A program made the position numbers and the translations under genes. From Felis catus (Eukaryota): a DNA stretch of 64,000 bases. The DNA lies in NCBI RefSeq assembly GCF_018350175.1, contig NC_058368.1:199704001-199768000 (forward strand). The letters run 5' to 3'. Positions 1 to 14,445 of the stretch are shown piece by piece. Every line of letters begins with the position of its first letter. The stretch's first letter is position 1. The notes beneath the pieces were generated by a model. The model searched no databases. It had not been told where the DNA came from and saw nothing but the letters and a program-made list of their open reading frames with translations.

Positions 1-483
1 AAGACAAAAGGAAAGGACCACGTATGGAGCCCCAGAACTAATACACTAATACAAATACAGTACTTATACTAATACTGTAGTATGTTAGGAGTTCAAGAAG
101 AAGAGGAAGAACTGATAATGGAGGCTGAGAAAGAGCAGACATTGACATGGGGAAAAACATCCCCAAAGAGTCCAGTGTCCTAGGAATCAGGAGAAGACAA
201 TGAATTGGAGAGTTGAAAATGATTGTGCCAGTTGCTCCAGACAGATCACCTGAGATTATTGCCAGACAGATCATTTGAGGACTGTTGCAAGAACAAGCTT
301 TGGGACCTTTTCTGCTATATTTTCTATCAAGAAAATATTTCCATCTGGACTATCACAGGAGTGGCGGTGGTAGTAGTAATAGTAGTACTAGGAATGTCAT
401 GGTGGTGGTAGTAGTCATAGTGGTAGCAATGGGAGCAGTAGTGTAGTGGCAGCAGCAGCAGCAACAGCAGCATGCTCCGGGTA

Positions 484-940
484 TGTGGGGAAATAGGTTC
501 TACTTTACATAAATGGGTTGGGGAAAAGCTTAGGGTGGAAAGCTGCCACCCTGGGGCAAAAGTTCACGAGGTTAGCTAGCAAGATATCGTAATGGGATCA
601 CGAGTAACTTCCTATGTCACCTGTGGGAAATTACTTTCTCTCTGATGCCATGATACGATTGTGCTTTGATCACAAACTCCACTCACTGCCCAGACCCTTT
701 GCTTATTACACATACAAGTTAATGACTACTGTCTGATGGTTTTCTCCGCATTCACATGTGTAAGATCTTGTTTTCTTCATGTTCACCACGTGGGTAATAC
801 CTTGTGCGCTGAATAAATATGGAGATGAAACCCCTGTTCGGGGCTCTTGTCTCCTTCCAGACATTAGCCTCTCTCATATTTAATTCTGTGTCCGCTCTCT
901 GGCTGGACAAGAGAGAACCCCGGACTCATAGTCTGTCACA
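484..940 (+). mobile_element. Solo LTR (ERV-type)
   Basis: 457 bp bounded by TGTGGGG...TGTCACA with internal AATAAA at 812-817 and a possible degenerate 6-bp TSD cgggta/taggta. Family not determined. Confidence 0.6.
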
Positions 941-944
941 TAGG

Positions 945-1120
945 TAACTGTTCCATGTGCTTCGTGTGGATTATCTCAAATCTTCACAATAATTCATTTC
1001 TTTATGGATGAGGAAACTGAGTCACAGAAAGTTAACTAATTTTTCCAGAGTCACACAGCCACAAGTCACACATAGACATGATTCCAGAGCCTTTTCCCTC
1101 ACGACTCTGCTATAGTGACA
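945..1120 (-). mobile_element. MIR SINE remnant
   Basis: MIR core gatgaggaaactgag...aagttaactaatt...cagagtcacacagc. Confidence 0.65.
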
Positions 1121-2189
1121 CTCAGAAATTAGGAGCGGTGGCCTCCTTGGTGCTGTGGTTACAACAAATTACATTTTAGGCATCAGATTCAATCATCATG
1201 TGTTATAAAAGCTAGGCTCCTGGTCCTATAACCATTCTTCTAGCATATCTTGTTTTATTTATTTACTTAATTATCTCCATATCAACCTAAAACCAATTTG
1301 AAGCAGCTTGTACAAACTATTCAATATAACTAAAGAATAAGCAATGGGTTGGGGCAGACACCTTGCTTCCATCAGTCATCCTAATACCTGGCATACTTGT
1401 AGGGAAATGATCACTTTTAATTGCCTCAAAATTTGCTTGCCAACCGGATTAAGAAGGTAATATGTAAATTTTGATGAACTCTTTCATAATTGTCCATGTT
1501 TTTCATAGAATGAATGGTAAATGTCCTATATCATTAAGTATAAACAGCATGTCAACTTTTTGTATTTTATATAATCAAAATATTATCCTTGAATTATAAA
1601 CACATAGTTGTGATGATACGAAGATGAATAAAGTTTTTTTCCAATTCAAATTTGTCCTTAGAATCACTTCTATTTCATATTTCTCTAAAAGAGATGTTTC
1701 TTCCTATTCTTTCTAATAATATAAAATTCTTTGACACAGTACAAAAATATGCCTTTGGCCATATATTATTTTTGTCATAGTGACCATTTAATTTCACTGT
1801 AGGAAGTAATCAAGCAGAGGTGATGGTGGGGTATCCAGGTAGAGATGTCTGTAGGTGACTAGGTTTGCATCCATAACTTTGGTCCAGTGTTGCCCACCTA
1901 TAGCACAGTGTGGTGAACGAAGTGTGATTTTAAACCCACTCAAAGCCAGGAGAAGAAAACTGACACAAACTCACATTCCTGTCATCAGACTCTGCCCCAC
2001 TTGGAACTGAATACATATTTAAAACGAGACATGTTCTTAATCTTTCTTGTTGCTTCCAGTCTTTCAGATCTCAAATTCACTCATTTTACCACCACCAGAT
2101 CAATCATATTGAAATCTCACTCTGTGTTGTTTCTTTTTTGAAAATCTTTAACAACTGTCTATTGCCTATAAGATCCATACAGTCCCCTG

Positions 2190-2687
2190 CTAGTTTGGGA
2201 AGGTGGCTAACTAAGGCATCAGCCATCCGCAACACTTTTCTTCTTTGCCATCCCTACTATAAAGTCTGAAAAGCAGAAACCTTTTTCTCTGCCTCTCTTT
2301 CAGCTGGAAGCTGTGGATTCGTTTTTAGACAATGAGATAAAAGACTAGTAGGGATCCCAAGAAAGACTTTGCTTTTCTGATTAAAAGAAAATATGTGGTG
2401 GTTACTACTCTTTCTTTCTATTTTGTGTACTCAATGTAAATATAACGCCTGGAACTTCTGCATCCATCTTGTGACATTGAGGAGACAAATATAAAGACAA
2501 AATGTCCCTAAGGATGGCAGAACAGAGGTATAAAGATCCTGGTCCATGAGAACTCCGTTGAGCTGTTGACACAACCCTCAGATTGCCTGCTTCTAGATTT
2601 CTATATTAAGAAAATAATAAATGTCTATATGTTTTCATCAGGTTTTCTGTTTTCTGTCTGTAGATGACATTATTCCTAACTAATACA
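2190..2687 (+). mobile_element. MaLR (MLT1-like) LTR remnant
   Basis: gcatccatcttgtgac...atggcagaacaga...tttctgtt...cctaactaataca, typical of MLT1 3' halves. Confidence 0.55.
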
Positions 2688-4659
2688 GCTTGGCATTCAG
2701 ACACCTACGCTATCTGATTTAAAGCTATCCTTCCATACATATCTACCTTTCCTACTTGATCCCTGTGTTTCAAAAAAAAATCTTTACTAGTCTCTATTCC
2801 CAGAACACTTCCTAGCCTTTCCTGCTTCAGTGACTTAGCTGATGTTATTTCTTCCACTTGGAATTCCTTTTTTTGTATTCTTCCACTAACACCCCCCTCC
2901 ATTCCTTGTCACTAGTCTTGCTATATAGTCTTGGATGTCCAGCTCACTTGTCAGCTTTTCCATGAAAACCTTCCTGATCTTTCTGGAGATGATAGCTCCT
3001 TTCTTTAAATTCCAGTGAAAGTTGACCCTAACAAAGATCATACCAAGCCCCAGAATATAATGCCTTATGTACATGTCATCTTCTAACTTGTAATTGTTCA
3101 CTAAAATTTGACCGATTGTCATTATTTCCCCTGGAGGGGGGGGGGGGGCTTTAAACTTAGGTGTTCAATTTTTTTTTCCTAAATGAGTAGATGAGTGAAT
3201 AAAGGAAATGGGTTATCAGTCTCTAAATTATAAAGTAGTTTGTAGCAACAGAATTGAGAAGTGGTGACATAGAGAGGACTCCCTGGATAAAGCCAAAGAG
3301 CTGAGTATTCCTCCCCCTGTAGAGGCCATGAGAAGTTCCATCAATTATGGGACAGCCTAAGTGAGGTTTTGGTCAATTGCAAGAAATGAAGCAACTCTTT
3401 GGTCTCAAGTCCTATTTTGACTGTTGGGTGGTTGTACTTTTCTGCATCATTTTTGTTACATTTAATGAGAATTTGGCACATAATTCTATATATTCTACAA
3501 GGAAAACTGGGCCCATAAAATATTCTAATTAAAAATTGTATTCTTTGTGGTTTTATTCACATGTTTTCTTTGTATTATAACCTAATATGCTTGCTTAGAA
3601 AAACACATTTCATTGTTTTTGAGTCATTTCTCCATCTTGAGTTTATTAAACTTGAATTAAAAGTATTCTAAAAACAAAGCTCTGTTTTCTACACTGGAAC
3701 TTGAAAAACTTTTGAAACTAAATAAAGTTAAAATTCAAAACACTAAGCAAATATAAGTTAAAAATGCTAAGGCCTTGCCCATCTCAAATATAGACATTTA
3801 TTATAGTAACATGGGAGTCATTTTGTCCCTTGGTCTTTTCCAGGTGAGGCTGATTAATGTGATGTTAAATGCCTAATATTAGGTAATGAATTAAGTTACT
3901 CGTCCTGTGCCTAACCCCTTCCCACCCACTTTTAGCAGCAAAGGGTGGCTGAGGATAAACAATTATGTGAGTGGAAATAAATATACTTACACATGTCTAT
4001 AGACAACATATCCATGGCCTTGAAGAGAAAAGGAGAGAGAGAAAGAGAAAAGCTTTGGGAATAAAATCTTTCCAATATTTGCTTCTCTCTCCCCATCATG
4101 TTTCATAAATATGTATTACAGAAGAAACAAAAATGCTTAGCAAATAAGGAAAGCCTGTTAGCACTCCCTAAGGGCTGCTGTCACTACTAGATCTTGATGA
4201 CAGCCAGCATTCTGAAGAAATATATCTAAATCATGGACTTTTTTAAGTTAAGAAATCCAGAAAAGTCATAGGTCCTGATTACAGATTCTGGCATGAGCTC
4301 AGTAATAGTTTTTAGACATAGTGTCCTTTCAGTTGTAAACTCACATATGGGTCCTTTACTGGCCAACTTCAGAGCCAATTTCTTCATGCAAGCCTGGAAC
4401 TCTTATCTATTCCTTTCAGATCTTTCAACAGTATTCAAGGAGTCAGCCTTCCTTCTTTCCAGAAAGCAACCACCCATTCTTTCAACTTCATGTCACTAAC
4501 ATTACTCATCACAGAGGAGGAATAGACAGGGGTAATCATATTTTTAAAAATATTTTGGAAACAGTCCAAAGGTTCCAAATTTCTTTCAGAATTTCTAAGT
4601 AGTTCCCTAGTCTGTGGCTGTCACTTTTCCCAGACTTTATTGTAAGTTTTTTAACTTTG

Positions 4660-5370
4660 TTTATTCATTCATTCACTTCTTTATTCACCAAATATTTGTC
4701 AAGCACCTACTATGTGGTGGGCACTGTTCTGGACTCTGGGAATACATCAGGAGACACAATCCTAATGGAGTTTGCATTCTAATGGGAAGAGATGACTATA
4801 AGCAAATGAAAAAAAAAACAACAACGATATACCAGGTAATGATAAGTAATATGAAGAAAATAAGCAAAATTTTGGAAAAAGAGAAAGCTGAGTGGGAGGA
4901 TCGTTACTTGCATTGTTTGGCCAATTAAGGATGCCCTAATAATGGGTACCAAGCAGGAAGTAAGGGGTGCACTATGCAGATACCTGGGAGAAGAGCCTTT
5001 TAGGCAGAGCAAACATGAAGTGCTAAGGTCCTGAATACGTTGATGTGCTCAGGGAATGGCTGGAAGCCAGCATGGCTGGAGCAGAATGGGCAAGGTGTGT
5101 GGAACTGGAGGAAATGACATTAGATATGAGATGGTTGAGGCCATATCAAGACCTTTCATCCATTTTAAGGGTTCTGACATGTATTCCAAGTGAGATAGGA
5201 AGCCATGGAAGAATTTTTAGGAGAGGAGTGATATGATTAGATGTAAGTCTTTAAAGGATTAAAAGGATCACTTTGGCTGTATATTGAGAATGGACTGTAG
5301 GGATCAAGTTGAGAAGAAAGTAGACCAGTTAGGAGACTACTACAATAATTCAAATACTAGATGTGTTCTT
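4660..5370 (-). mobile_element. L2 LINE remnant
   Basis: attcattcac...aaatatttgtcaagcacctactatgtg tail, plus the typical body ggaagccatggaag...aggatcactttggctg. Confidence 0.7.
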
Positions 5371-5682
5371 GTCTTAGAAATTTATATATCCAGCCCTGTC
5401 TGCATTAGATGTTTAACCAACATTCTCACCTCTCAGCCAGCTTCTGGGTTGTAGCATTTCCTCAGAAAAACCATTCATAACCTGCTCAGATCTCACTTCT
5501 GTACAGGGACCAGCATCCTTTTAATCTACCTACATTCAATTCAGCTGTGTGATACTATCCTAGGCAAGGAATACATTCAGCATTTTGGCTCTCAAAGGTT
5601 CTTCCTCTGGGCTTTAAATGTTTTTGAAGGAGCCTTGCATTTGTATCTTTCTCCTCTTCCAAAGTGTCTTTGATACCTCCAC

Positions 5683-6747
5683 TTTTTATTTTATTTTATT
5701 ATTTTATTTTATTTTATTTTATTTTATTTTATTTTATTATTTTTAATTTAAATCCAAATTAGTTAGCATATAGTGCAACAATGATTTCAGGAGTAGATTC
5801 CTTAATGCCTCTTACCCTTTTAGCCCATCCCCCCTCCCACAACCCCTCCAGTAACCCTCTGTTTGTTCTCCATATTTATGAGTCTCTTCTGTTTTGTCCC
5901 CCTCCCTGTTTTATGTTATTTTTGTTTCCCTTCCCTTATGTTCATCTGTCTTATCTCTTAAAGTCCTCATATAAGTGAAGTCATGATATTTGTCTTTCTC
6001 TGACTGACTAATTTCACTTAGCATAATACCCTCCAGTTCCACCACATAGTTGCAAATGGCAAGATTTCATTCTTTTTGATTGCGGAGTAATACTCCATTG
6101 TATATATATATACCACATCTTCTTTATCCATTCATCCATTCATACAGTATCTCATTGTGGTTTTGATTTCTATTTCCCTGATGATGAGTGATGTTGAGCA
6201 TTTTTTCATGTGTTGGTTGGCCATCTGGATGTCTTCCTTGGAGAAGTGTCTATTCATGTCTTTTGCCCATTTCTTCACTGGATCAGTTGTTTTTTGGGTG
6301 TTGAGTTTGATAAGTTCTTTATAGATTTTGGATACTAACCCTTTATCTGATATGTCATTTGCAAATATCTTCTCCCATTCTGTCTGTTGCCTTTTAGTTT
6401 TGCTGAGTGTTTCCTTCACTGTGCAGAAGCTTTCATTTTGATGAGGTCCCAGTAGTTCATTTTTGCTTTTGTTTCCCTTGCCTCCGGAGACATGTTGAGT
6501 AAGAAGTTGCTGCAGGCAAGATCAAAGAGGTTTTTGCCTGCTTTCTCCTCGAGGATTTTGATGGCTTCCTGTCTTACATTGAGGTCTTTCATCCATTTTG
6601 AGTTTATTTTTGTGTATGGTGTAAGCAAGTGGTCCAGGTTCATTCTTCTGCATGTCACTGCCCAGTTTTCCCAGCACCACTTGCTGAAGAGACTGTCTTT
6701 GTTCCATTGCATATTCTTTCCTGCTTTGTCAAAGATTAGTTGGCCAT
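5683..6747 (-). mobile_element. 5'-truncated LINE-1 with internal deletion
   Basis: (TTTTA)n tail at 5683-5745, L1 3'UTR, and ORF2 C-terminal peptides (6132..6712). Confidence 0.9.
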
Positions 6748-9449
6748 CGTTTTAATACCTCTTCCATCCTTTGGTCCATTTTTTTTTCTTTTTAGTACTC
6801 TTGGTCTTACCCAAAGCACATTCAGCATATATATGTTACTGTATGCAGGATAAGACTTTAGTTGGAGCTCATCTCTTTACTGTTCTCAGTGGTGCCTGAA
6901 ATGAGTCTTTTTGTAGCTGATGTGTGAAGTGCAGCAAATGCTCATCATAGGGGCACCAGTGCCTCATTCTTTAGCATTAGCAGAATTTGTCCTGCTTCCT
7001 CTACCCCTCAGACTTCCTACAAAGTTCCTATTTCCAGTCTGAGAGATGCTTCTGGTCCAGAGCTCATTTTAGGAGCAGTAATGATTGACAGGCCCTGAGC
7101 CTTCATTCCATGTTTCGGTTCTGACCACCTTCTCTCATTACCTATGCCAGAGGTTGCTGGCAAACCACCAGCCATATCAGCTCACAAATGTGTTTCATTT
7201 GGCCCATACAGTGCTGTTTGAAAATTTTGAATAATTGCCAACACTTAGAAATGATGAGACTTATATAAAAACCTGAATTTTTCATTTCTCTTGAAAAACT
7301 GGAAGGCTCGGCTAAAGTAGGTATGTACACTCACATAGCAACAGTAAACTGGGGTTGGTCACAGCTGCATCATTTGATGAGGCAGTTCCCCACCCAGCCC
7401 AGCCCTTTTCACTGGTCACATTCCCTGCTTGCTGGTCCCTCTAGATATTTGAGTGCAAAGCCTCTTGTTCTCCCATATCCCACTAACCTTTCCAAAAATT
7501 ATTCTAGAGGTCTCCAGTGCCCTTGAAGAATTTTTAAGGATGAGAGTAATCATTTAAAATTATACCTTGAAATAAAATTAACAACACCTTTCAACATAGA
7601 AAAGAATAAGAGATAGAACTTTCACATGGGAAAGTGGCCAGCTTCTTGTAGCTTCTCAAAATAAAAATCTAAATTGACACCTGGCTAGTTGTCCAGTTTA
7701 ATGCAATCTGTATAACCACTGGACATATACCTTGACCTTCCCCTTGCCCTAGCCCTTCCCCACCCCATTCTAGCAAAGTCTCCTGAAATAGGATTTATAG
7801 AAAGACCAACAGCGCAATGCAACTGTAAACAGATATACTGGTGCTGGATTTGCCATTGCTACTTCTGACCTAATGCCAAAGTTTTTATTGCCCCCTTGAT
7901 CCATTTTCAGGTGTCTGGATGGTGAAGGCGGAATTCTCCAATATCCTATCCGAGTTACTGGGCAGGCTCAACTCAAAAGGTTTTATTTCTTCCAGTCACT
8001 GCCTTCAGCCATGCTTCATTCGTTTTCAATTTCTTGTCACTTAATACCATCTGGGATAGGTCCCATAAATTTCCAGTCACTTTGAGCCATTAAAACTCAG
8101 TTATTTTAAAGTATCAATCTCAAATTTGATTTAAATCCCTTCCCTTCTTTGTGATCTTTCTTGTGTGGTCCATATATGAGTCCTTCAGAGGAGATCCAGC
8201 CTGAAGTCCACCGCTTCCACCTCCCATTTGTTTATACCACCACTCTACAGGTTTTTGTTATTGGAGGCCCCTTGCCAGGAGGTCACCACCGTGAGCACAG
8301 TAAGATGCCTAAAGCTGCTACTTTATGCAGTACCCACTTGACTCTCAGTCAAATCGCTCATCTTTGCCACCAAACAATAGTAGAAGAAACTGCTCTCTCT
8401 CTCCCTTTTGCTCTTTCTCTTTAGATGCTTTCTTCCCACTCAGATAAGCACAAGGACAATTCAGCCAGTTCACTGCCTAAGCCTAAGCAGACATGTCACC
8501 AGGGCATCCAACCATTTGGCCCCATGCTCTGAGCTGTTTTTTTGGAGCCTCCTGGTCTTTTGCCTTGGTGACAGGAGCACCCTTCTCTTCTCTTTGGTGA
8601 AGGAGGAGTGATCATCTCTCATCGAAACCCTATAGTTTCCCTGAGTGCAACGAATCCATTGACTCTCAGCCTTTCCTCTGCCATCAGACTGGAGGAGGGA
8701 GGTAGTCATATGCGGGAGGGTCAGTTCTGCAGACTCTTTGTAAGTCCCGAGGGAGGTGTCTGGCTGCTCTCTTCAGAATGCAGGGACTTCATGATTTCAT
8801 ATGTGTTGTTCTTTGTTCTGAGACTTGCTGCCAAGTTAGGGAAAGCCTGCTTAATATCCTGCTACACAGTGTTGTATTTGAGCTGGCTGAACCAGCTAGG
8901 GCACCTCCAGTTATGAATGACAGAGAAGCTGACTCCAAATGGCTCTGCCAGTAGGAAGTGTATTGTCTCACATAACTAAAAATGTCAAGTGGAAAGACCT
9001 GGCTTCAGGCCTTATTGATTCCTGACCTCAATGGTATCCTCAGCGTCCCTATCTCTACTCTGTTTTCTCTGGGTAATAAATGGTAGGTGGAAGAGTCTTA
9101 GGGATCTTATAGAGACCCACTGAAGGCTTACACCATTACATACCCCCAGAGGAGAGTCTGCTTGCCCAGTTGCTCAAATAAAAATCCTGAAATGTGGTTT
9201 AGGTCGTGTGCCCATCCTTGACCTAGTAACAGTGTTCAGAGATGGCTGATGATACTTTGAGAGCCAGTTAAAATTTGGAAATAACTTTCCTTCATCTCTC
9301 CCACTTCCTATGATATCCATCAAAGGAGACTATAGATTTCCCAGATCCACCCTTGTCCAAACATAATCTGAGAACACTAGATATACTCTAGGACCTGAGT
9401 GCAAGGTGTAAGCCTGGCAACATCATGGAGTTATTGCTGGGTTTCAGAG

Positions 9450-9700
9450 AGATGTGAAGAATAGTGGTTAAAAGTTTAGGGGCTGGGAATATGACAGACC
9501 TGCATCCAAATCTCAGGCCTATTAGAGCAAGCAAATCTTGGGGAAGTACTTAATTTCTTTTCAACTCAGTTTTCTCAGCTATTAAGTGGGAGTATTGATA
9601 ATACCCAAGTTATTGGGTTGCTAAGAGGATAAAATAAACGTGCATGGTACAATTATTATTGTATAACGACTGACATGATTAGGTGCTCAGTAAATATAAT
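9450..9700 (+). mobile_element. MIR SINE remnant
   Basis: agacctgcatccaaatctc...ctcagttttctcagctattaagtggg...taggtgctcagtaaat. Confidence 0.6.
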
Positions 9701-10483
9701 TTGTATTGCTAAGTACTTCCTCTTTTGTAGATAGAGGCCTCCACTATGGAAAAACATGCTAAATTACGAAAGTTCTCGGCAGTTACTAGAAAGGACCAAT
9801 TTGAAACTGTTATCCCAGGGAGTATACAGATTTTTCTGCCAATTCTCATATTCTTCTTTGCACGTAGCAGGTGGAGGGCTCAGCGTTAAAGATGAAGGTG
9901 GAACAGACCTAAGCACATAAATGTTTTAACTATTGAGTGTGTGTGTGTGTACTAGGAAGTTTATGCTAGGATTGAACTAGCAGAGAATTACTGGTCATTT
10001 CCAAAGAGCAACATAGGATATGTTGGAAGATCTGCCAATCCTAATTCATCTATGAATTTAGCAATACTCCCAAAGCAGTGCTAAGGCCTTCTACTCTTAG
10101 TTTTTTTTTCCCACAAAAAGGGGAAATTCAGGCATTTTTGTTGTCATTTAAAGCAAGCAATCTTGCCAAATTTCACTTTTGAAGCAAATTATAAAAATAT
10201 TGATAGCATGAATTCATATTTCTAAAATGCATTTTAATATTTTTAAAAAAATTAATAGTGGACTTTAACATGAAAGATTTCTTTTTTCTATCTACTAGGA
10301 ATTGCACCTTTCTGAAAGTTAAAATGTTATTTTCTTGAGAGACGGTGACAGTGCAGGTGAGCTTCCCAAGTATACTGTGTGAATTATGTTGAAATATTTT
10401 GTGTAACTACATAAATATAAAATACAACAATGGCCCATTATTTCAAACTGGACTTCCATTTATTCTGAGAATAAGATAGCAAT

Positions 10484-10500
10484 TGGTGCCCTCTTGTGGA
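10484..10500 (-). promoter_or_regulatory. Candidate CTCF site
   Basis: Minus strand TCCACAAGAGGGCACCA matches the CCACNAG(G/A)(G/T)GGCR core. Confidence 0.6.
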
Positions 10501-11412
10501 AGTGATTATTTTAGGTGTTGGAAAGGAAAATCTATATACTATTGTGTTGTACCTATCATAGATGTGTTTTTTCCCCAGGTACTTTTGATTACTTGAAATT
10601 AATATGTACTTCTGTTTATCTCTGACGTTCAGGAAATGCTTTTAACATGTAGCATAATTATGGTCTTCGCAGATTTACACTGTAAGACTATTTTTTCTTG
10701 AGTAGATCTTGATCTGTCATCTAATTCACCTGTTCTAAGAGCTTTAATCAGAGCTCCTTTATGTACATTTGCACTTTACCTCAAAAAGATGAACCAAATA
10801 AGTGTATGAAAATACAAATGAATATGTTTTTCATAGTCTTTAACCCTGTTGTGTCTCCATCAGTCTTTTTCCCTCTAGCATCTGCCCTGCCAAAGTTTCT
10901 CTTGATGGTTTTCCTCCAACGATAGCTGGGGTAGCTGACCCAGCTAGTGAACAAGTTCTGATCAAGTGGGAAAGCCTCTGCAAACTTCATGGCCATGGCC
11001 ACCTCCATCTCCTTAGTGGGTGGTCATCCTTGGCGTAAGTCATCATACAAAGGAGAACAGTTAGACTGACCCAAGAATTAAAGTGATTCCTGAGCTATAG
11101 GATTCTCTGGTATTCAAGGAGTAGCTGGCCAACTGCTGAGTAGGCATATGGCAGAAAGCATTCAACCTTAATTATTTGAACTCAGTGATCTTCACGGTCT
11201 CGAAATTCAACTCTAAAGATTCTACAGCTCTTCTTTTTAACCTGATGGCCACCCCCACTGAATGAACTAACCACTTCAGTGACTCTTTAGTCTCAAGGTG
11301 GCTATATAGATTTGAACCTACTCCTCACAGCATTGGTCTGTACATTCCTGTGGAATTGCTCTATCAAGTAAACCCTCAGAACCTTTAAAGGACCAATTAA
11401 AGTGTATGTTAA

Positions 11413-11626
11413 GGGGCGCCTGGGTGGCGCAGTCGGTTAAGCGTCCAACTTCAGCCAGGTCACGATCTCACGGTCCGTGAGTTCAAGCCCCGCATCGGGC
11501 TCTGGGCAGATGGCTCAGAGCCTGGAGCCTGTTTCCGAATCTGTGTCTCCCTCTCTCTCTGCCCCTCGCCCGTTCATGCTCTGTCTCTCTCTGTCCCAAA
11601 AATAAATAAACGTTGAAAAATAAAAA
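11413..11626 (+). mobile_element. Can-SINE (SINEC_Fc-like), young
   Basis: GGGGCGCCTGGGTGGCGCAGTCGGTTAAG head, (CT)n and A-tail; perfect 15-bp TSD taaagtgtatgttaa at 11398-11412 and 11627-11641. Confidence 0.95.
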
Positions 11627-12069
11627 TAAAGTGTATGTTAATCAGGGAACCAGACCATAATAGAGATATGAAACCCTTTCCCCATTAATTTTAAACAGTT
11701 ATAATCAAGGAGTATATAAATTACCTCTAGCAGGAAATCGTAAGGCATAATTATAGGTGGGATGCTGATTCAGATAGGAAAACAGGCAATGTAGAAAGTA
11801 CAGGTGCATATATTCAAAGGAAATGAAGCATCCTGGGGTAAAGGTCAATGTGTGGGCTTTTGTGCTTTGGGGCACAAAAAACCCAGGTGCCAACTCTAGC
11901 TCTGTTACTTATTAGACAAATGATACTAGGTAAATGTCTGAGCTTCCTTCATCTGTAAAATAACGAGTATACTGACATCGAAGGCTTGTGGTAAGAATTA
12001 AATGACATAAAAAATGCAAAGCACAGAGAGTGGTATTTAGCACATAGAAGACTCTTGCAAAATGCTATT

Positions 12070-12311
12070 TTTATTTTTGAAAAATTTTCAATATTCTTTT
12101 ATTTGTTTTGAGAGAGAGAGAGAGAGTACAGCAGGGGAGGAGCAGAGCGAGAGGGAGAGAGAGAGACAGATAGAGAGAGAGAATCCCCAAGCAGGCTCCA
12201 TGCTACTAGCGCAGAGCCTGACTCGGGGCTTGAACTCATGAACCACAAGATTGTGACCTGAGCTGAAGTCCAGAGTTGGACACTTAACTGACTGAGCCAT
12301 CCAGGCACCCC
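12070..12311 (-). mobile_element. Can-SINE
   Basis: Reverse-complement tRNA head, (GA)n and T-tail; imperfect TSD gctatt(t/c)ttatt. Confidence 0.9.
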
Positions 12312-14445
12312 TAGCTATTCTTATTAAGGGGCAGAAATAACATAAAAGGTGAAGTCATGGCCAGAAAGGGCCCTGGATGTTTAAGGCCTTAATAGGCATG
12401 GAGAAAAATCACTAACTGTTTCCTGTATATAACTAAATTGTGTTCATTGAAGATCTCTGATAGGCTTACCTTATAAATCAGCAGACTATGTCTCCATCTT
12501 CCCAAATACTTTATCTTTGATTATTGACTGGGGCATATTTTAATCTCTTAGCATTTGGATTCACACAGTGTAAGCACTCTTAGCTGACTCAGAACTATAT
12601 ATCTATATGAGCAGAACACTGTAATTTGTACCTTGCTGGGCTTTTCATTAGGACATTTCCGAAACCTGAGAGCTAAACCTTTTAGGAAACAACGGCTTTA
12701 GGTCTCCAGAGTGAAAGATCTATGTAGAAGTTCGATAGATGAGTCCTGACTCTTCGTTAGTTCAAAATCCAAACTATAAGATTGGTCAGCTTTATAAATT
12801 GGGTGATTACAATGTATTCAATAGAGGATAATTTCAGAAGGCTTAGTAGCATTCAAAGGATGCATAACTTGAGACAAATTCTATTGGGAGGATGGTATTT
12901 GTAATTATTAGCTAAAATGGTGCCATCATGTGGCAAGAGCAAAAATAGCATGCACTCAGCCAATTCTGAAAGTAACAATTTTTGATTGACTTAATTAATT
13001 GATTTTGATAATTGGATTAATTGATCTTAATTTCAGTTTAAAATAATGATATTTTAAATATTATACTTTGATACAAATGAAAACTTTATTATTGTTTTTT
13101 TAGTTGGATGACTTTAAATACACATAATTCAAATGTGCGTAAAATATAAAAGCCTTTTAATTTAATTTCTGTGATCTGAACCTAATGTAGACAACAAATG
13201 ATAACATTGACTTTGAAGCTAAATGAAGCATGAATAAGTCTGGCCTTGGATAATGTTAAATAAATATTAGATTGCTTTGCTTTGCTTAAAATTCTACTAA
13301 ATAATTCAATTGATTCCCTGAGTAAAAATAAATATATAGCCTGCTAAGAGAATTAACCAGCATTAAAAATATAAAGGCAAGGTTTTGTGGTCGGCATGGC
13401 AGGCTGACTGCGTAAAGTTGACAGCATTTGAAATGGATACATTCTCAATGAGTAAGAGAGAGAGACAGAGACGGAGAGAGAGACAGAGAGAGAATGAATG
13501 AGGTATCAGTGAATACCTGGAAGAAAAAGAGCAGGTGGAAGACTGGTAACAAATGGGGCAGAATAGAAGGAGTTGTAACAGGCTAGAATATCTAAGAGGG
13601 ATAAAGCTGAGGAAGTTTAGATTAGGCCTCAGAAACCTGGAGCGGAAGAAAAAACCCAATGGTGTATGGAAACGAGAACACAGAGCAAAAACAAGATTTT
13701 CAAATTAAAGTCTATACTTAGAAAAGTTGACCCCTAAGTTCCTAGTCACCACCCTCTCTGTACGCACAGAACTCCAGGCCGCCAGACACTTATGCCCCCA
13801 GAAACAAATTGGTACGTATCCTTCTGGCTTCTATTACAAAATGCTATGGAAGAAGCCTCTTCTGGCTAAGATTAGTAATATGGGCAATATTTACCCTTCC
13901 AATTGAAACAGCTAAAAAAGGTAGACAATATATATGAAAGAACAATTTTCAGGATATGGAGAAAACCTTAAAAACAGAGGGGGCAAAAGGCACAGTAGGT
14001 ATGGATAAACAAAGGTAACAGAAGATACAATAAAAACTAGAATGCCATGGAGAAAGGGTTTCAAAATACCAAAACAAAACAAAACAAAAACCCAACCTCA
14101 AATTATGCAGTTGTTGGATATAGTGTTCTGTGTGTCAGTGAGATCAAATTGATTAATTGTTGTATCCAAATCTTCTCTATTCCTACTGATTTGTTTCTGC
14201 TTGTTTGTGTGTCAGTTGGTAGACATGTGTTGATAGACGTGTGTTAAAAATCCCCAACTATGATTGTGGATTTATCTACCTTTGCTTTAGTTCTGTCAAT
14301 ATTAGCTTTATGTATTTTAAAGCCATGTTATATGGCATATTACAATTTAGGATTGTGATACCTTCCTCTTCAGTTGAACTTTTAATTATGATGTAATATC
14401 CTTCTTTATCTCTTACACTTGTTACTTTAAAATCTGTTTTTTCCT

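Noticed and set aside
355..472. (GTA/GTG/GCA)n triplet-rich tract as coding sequence
   Set aside because: Low-complexity simple repeat next to an LTR; no splice or ORF support.
7680..8860. Possible processed pseudogene or ERV internal fragment
   Set aside because: Composition differs from the flanks, but I could not recognise any protein or repeat family in it.
11413..11490. tRNA genes
   Set aside because: The tRNA-like A/B boxes belong to Can-SINE heads followed by (CT)n and A-tails.
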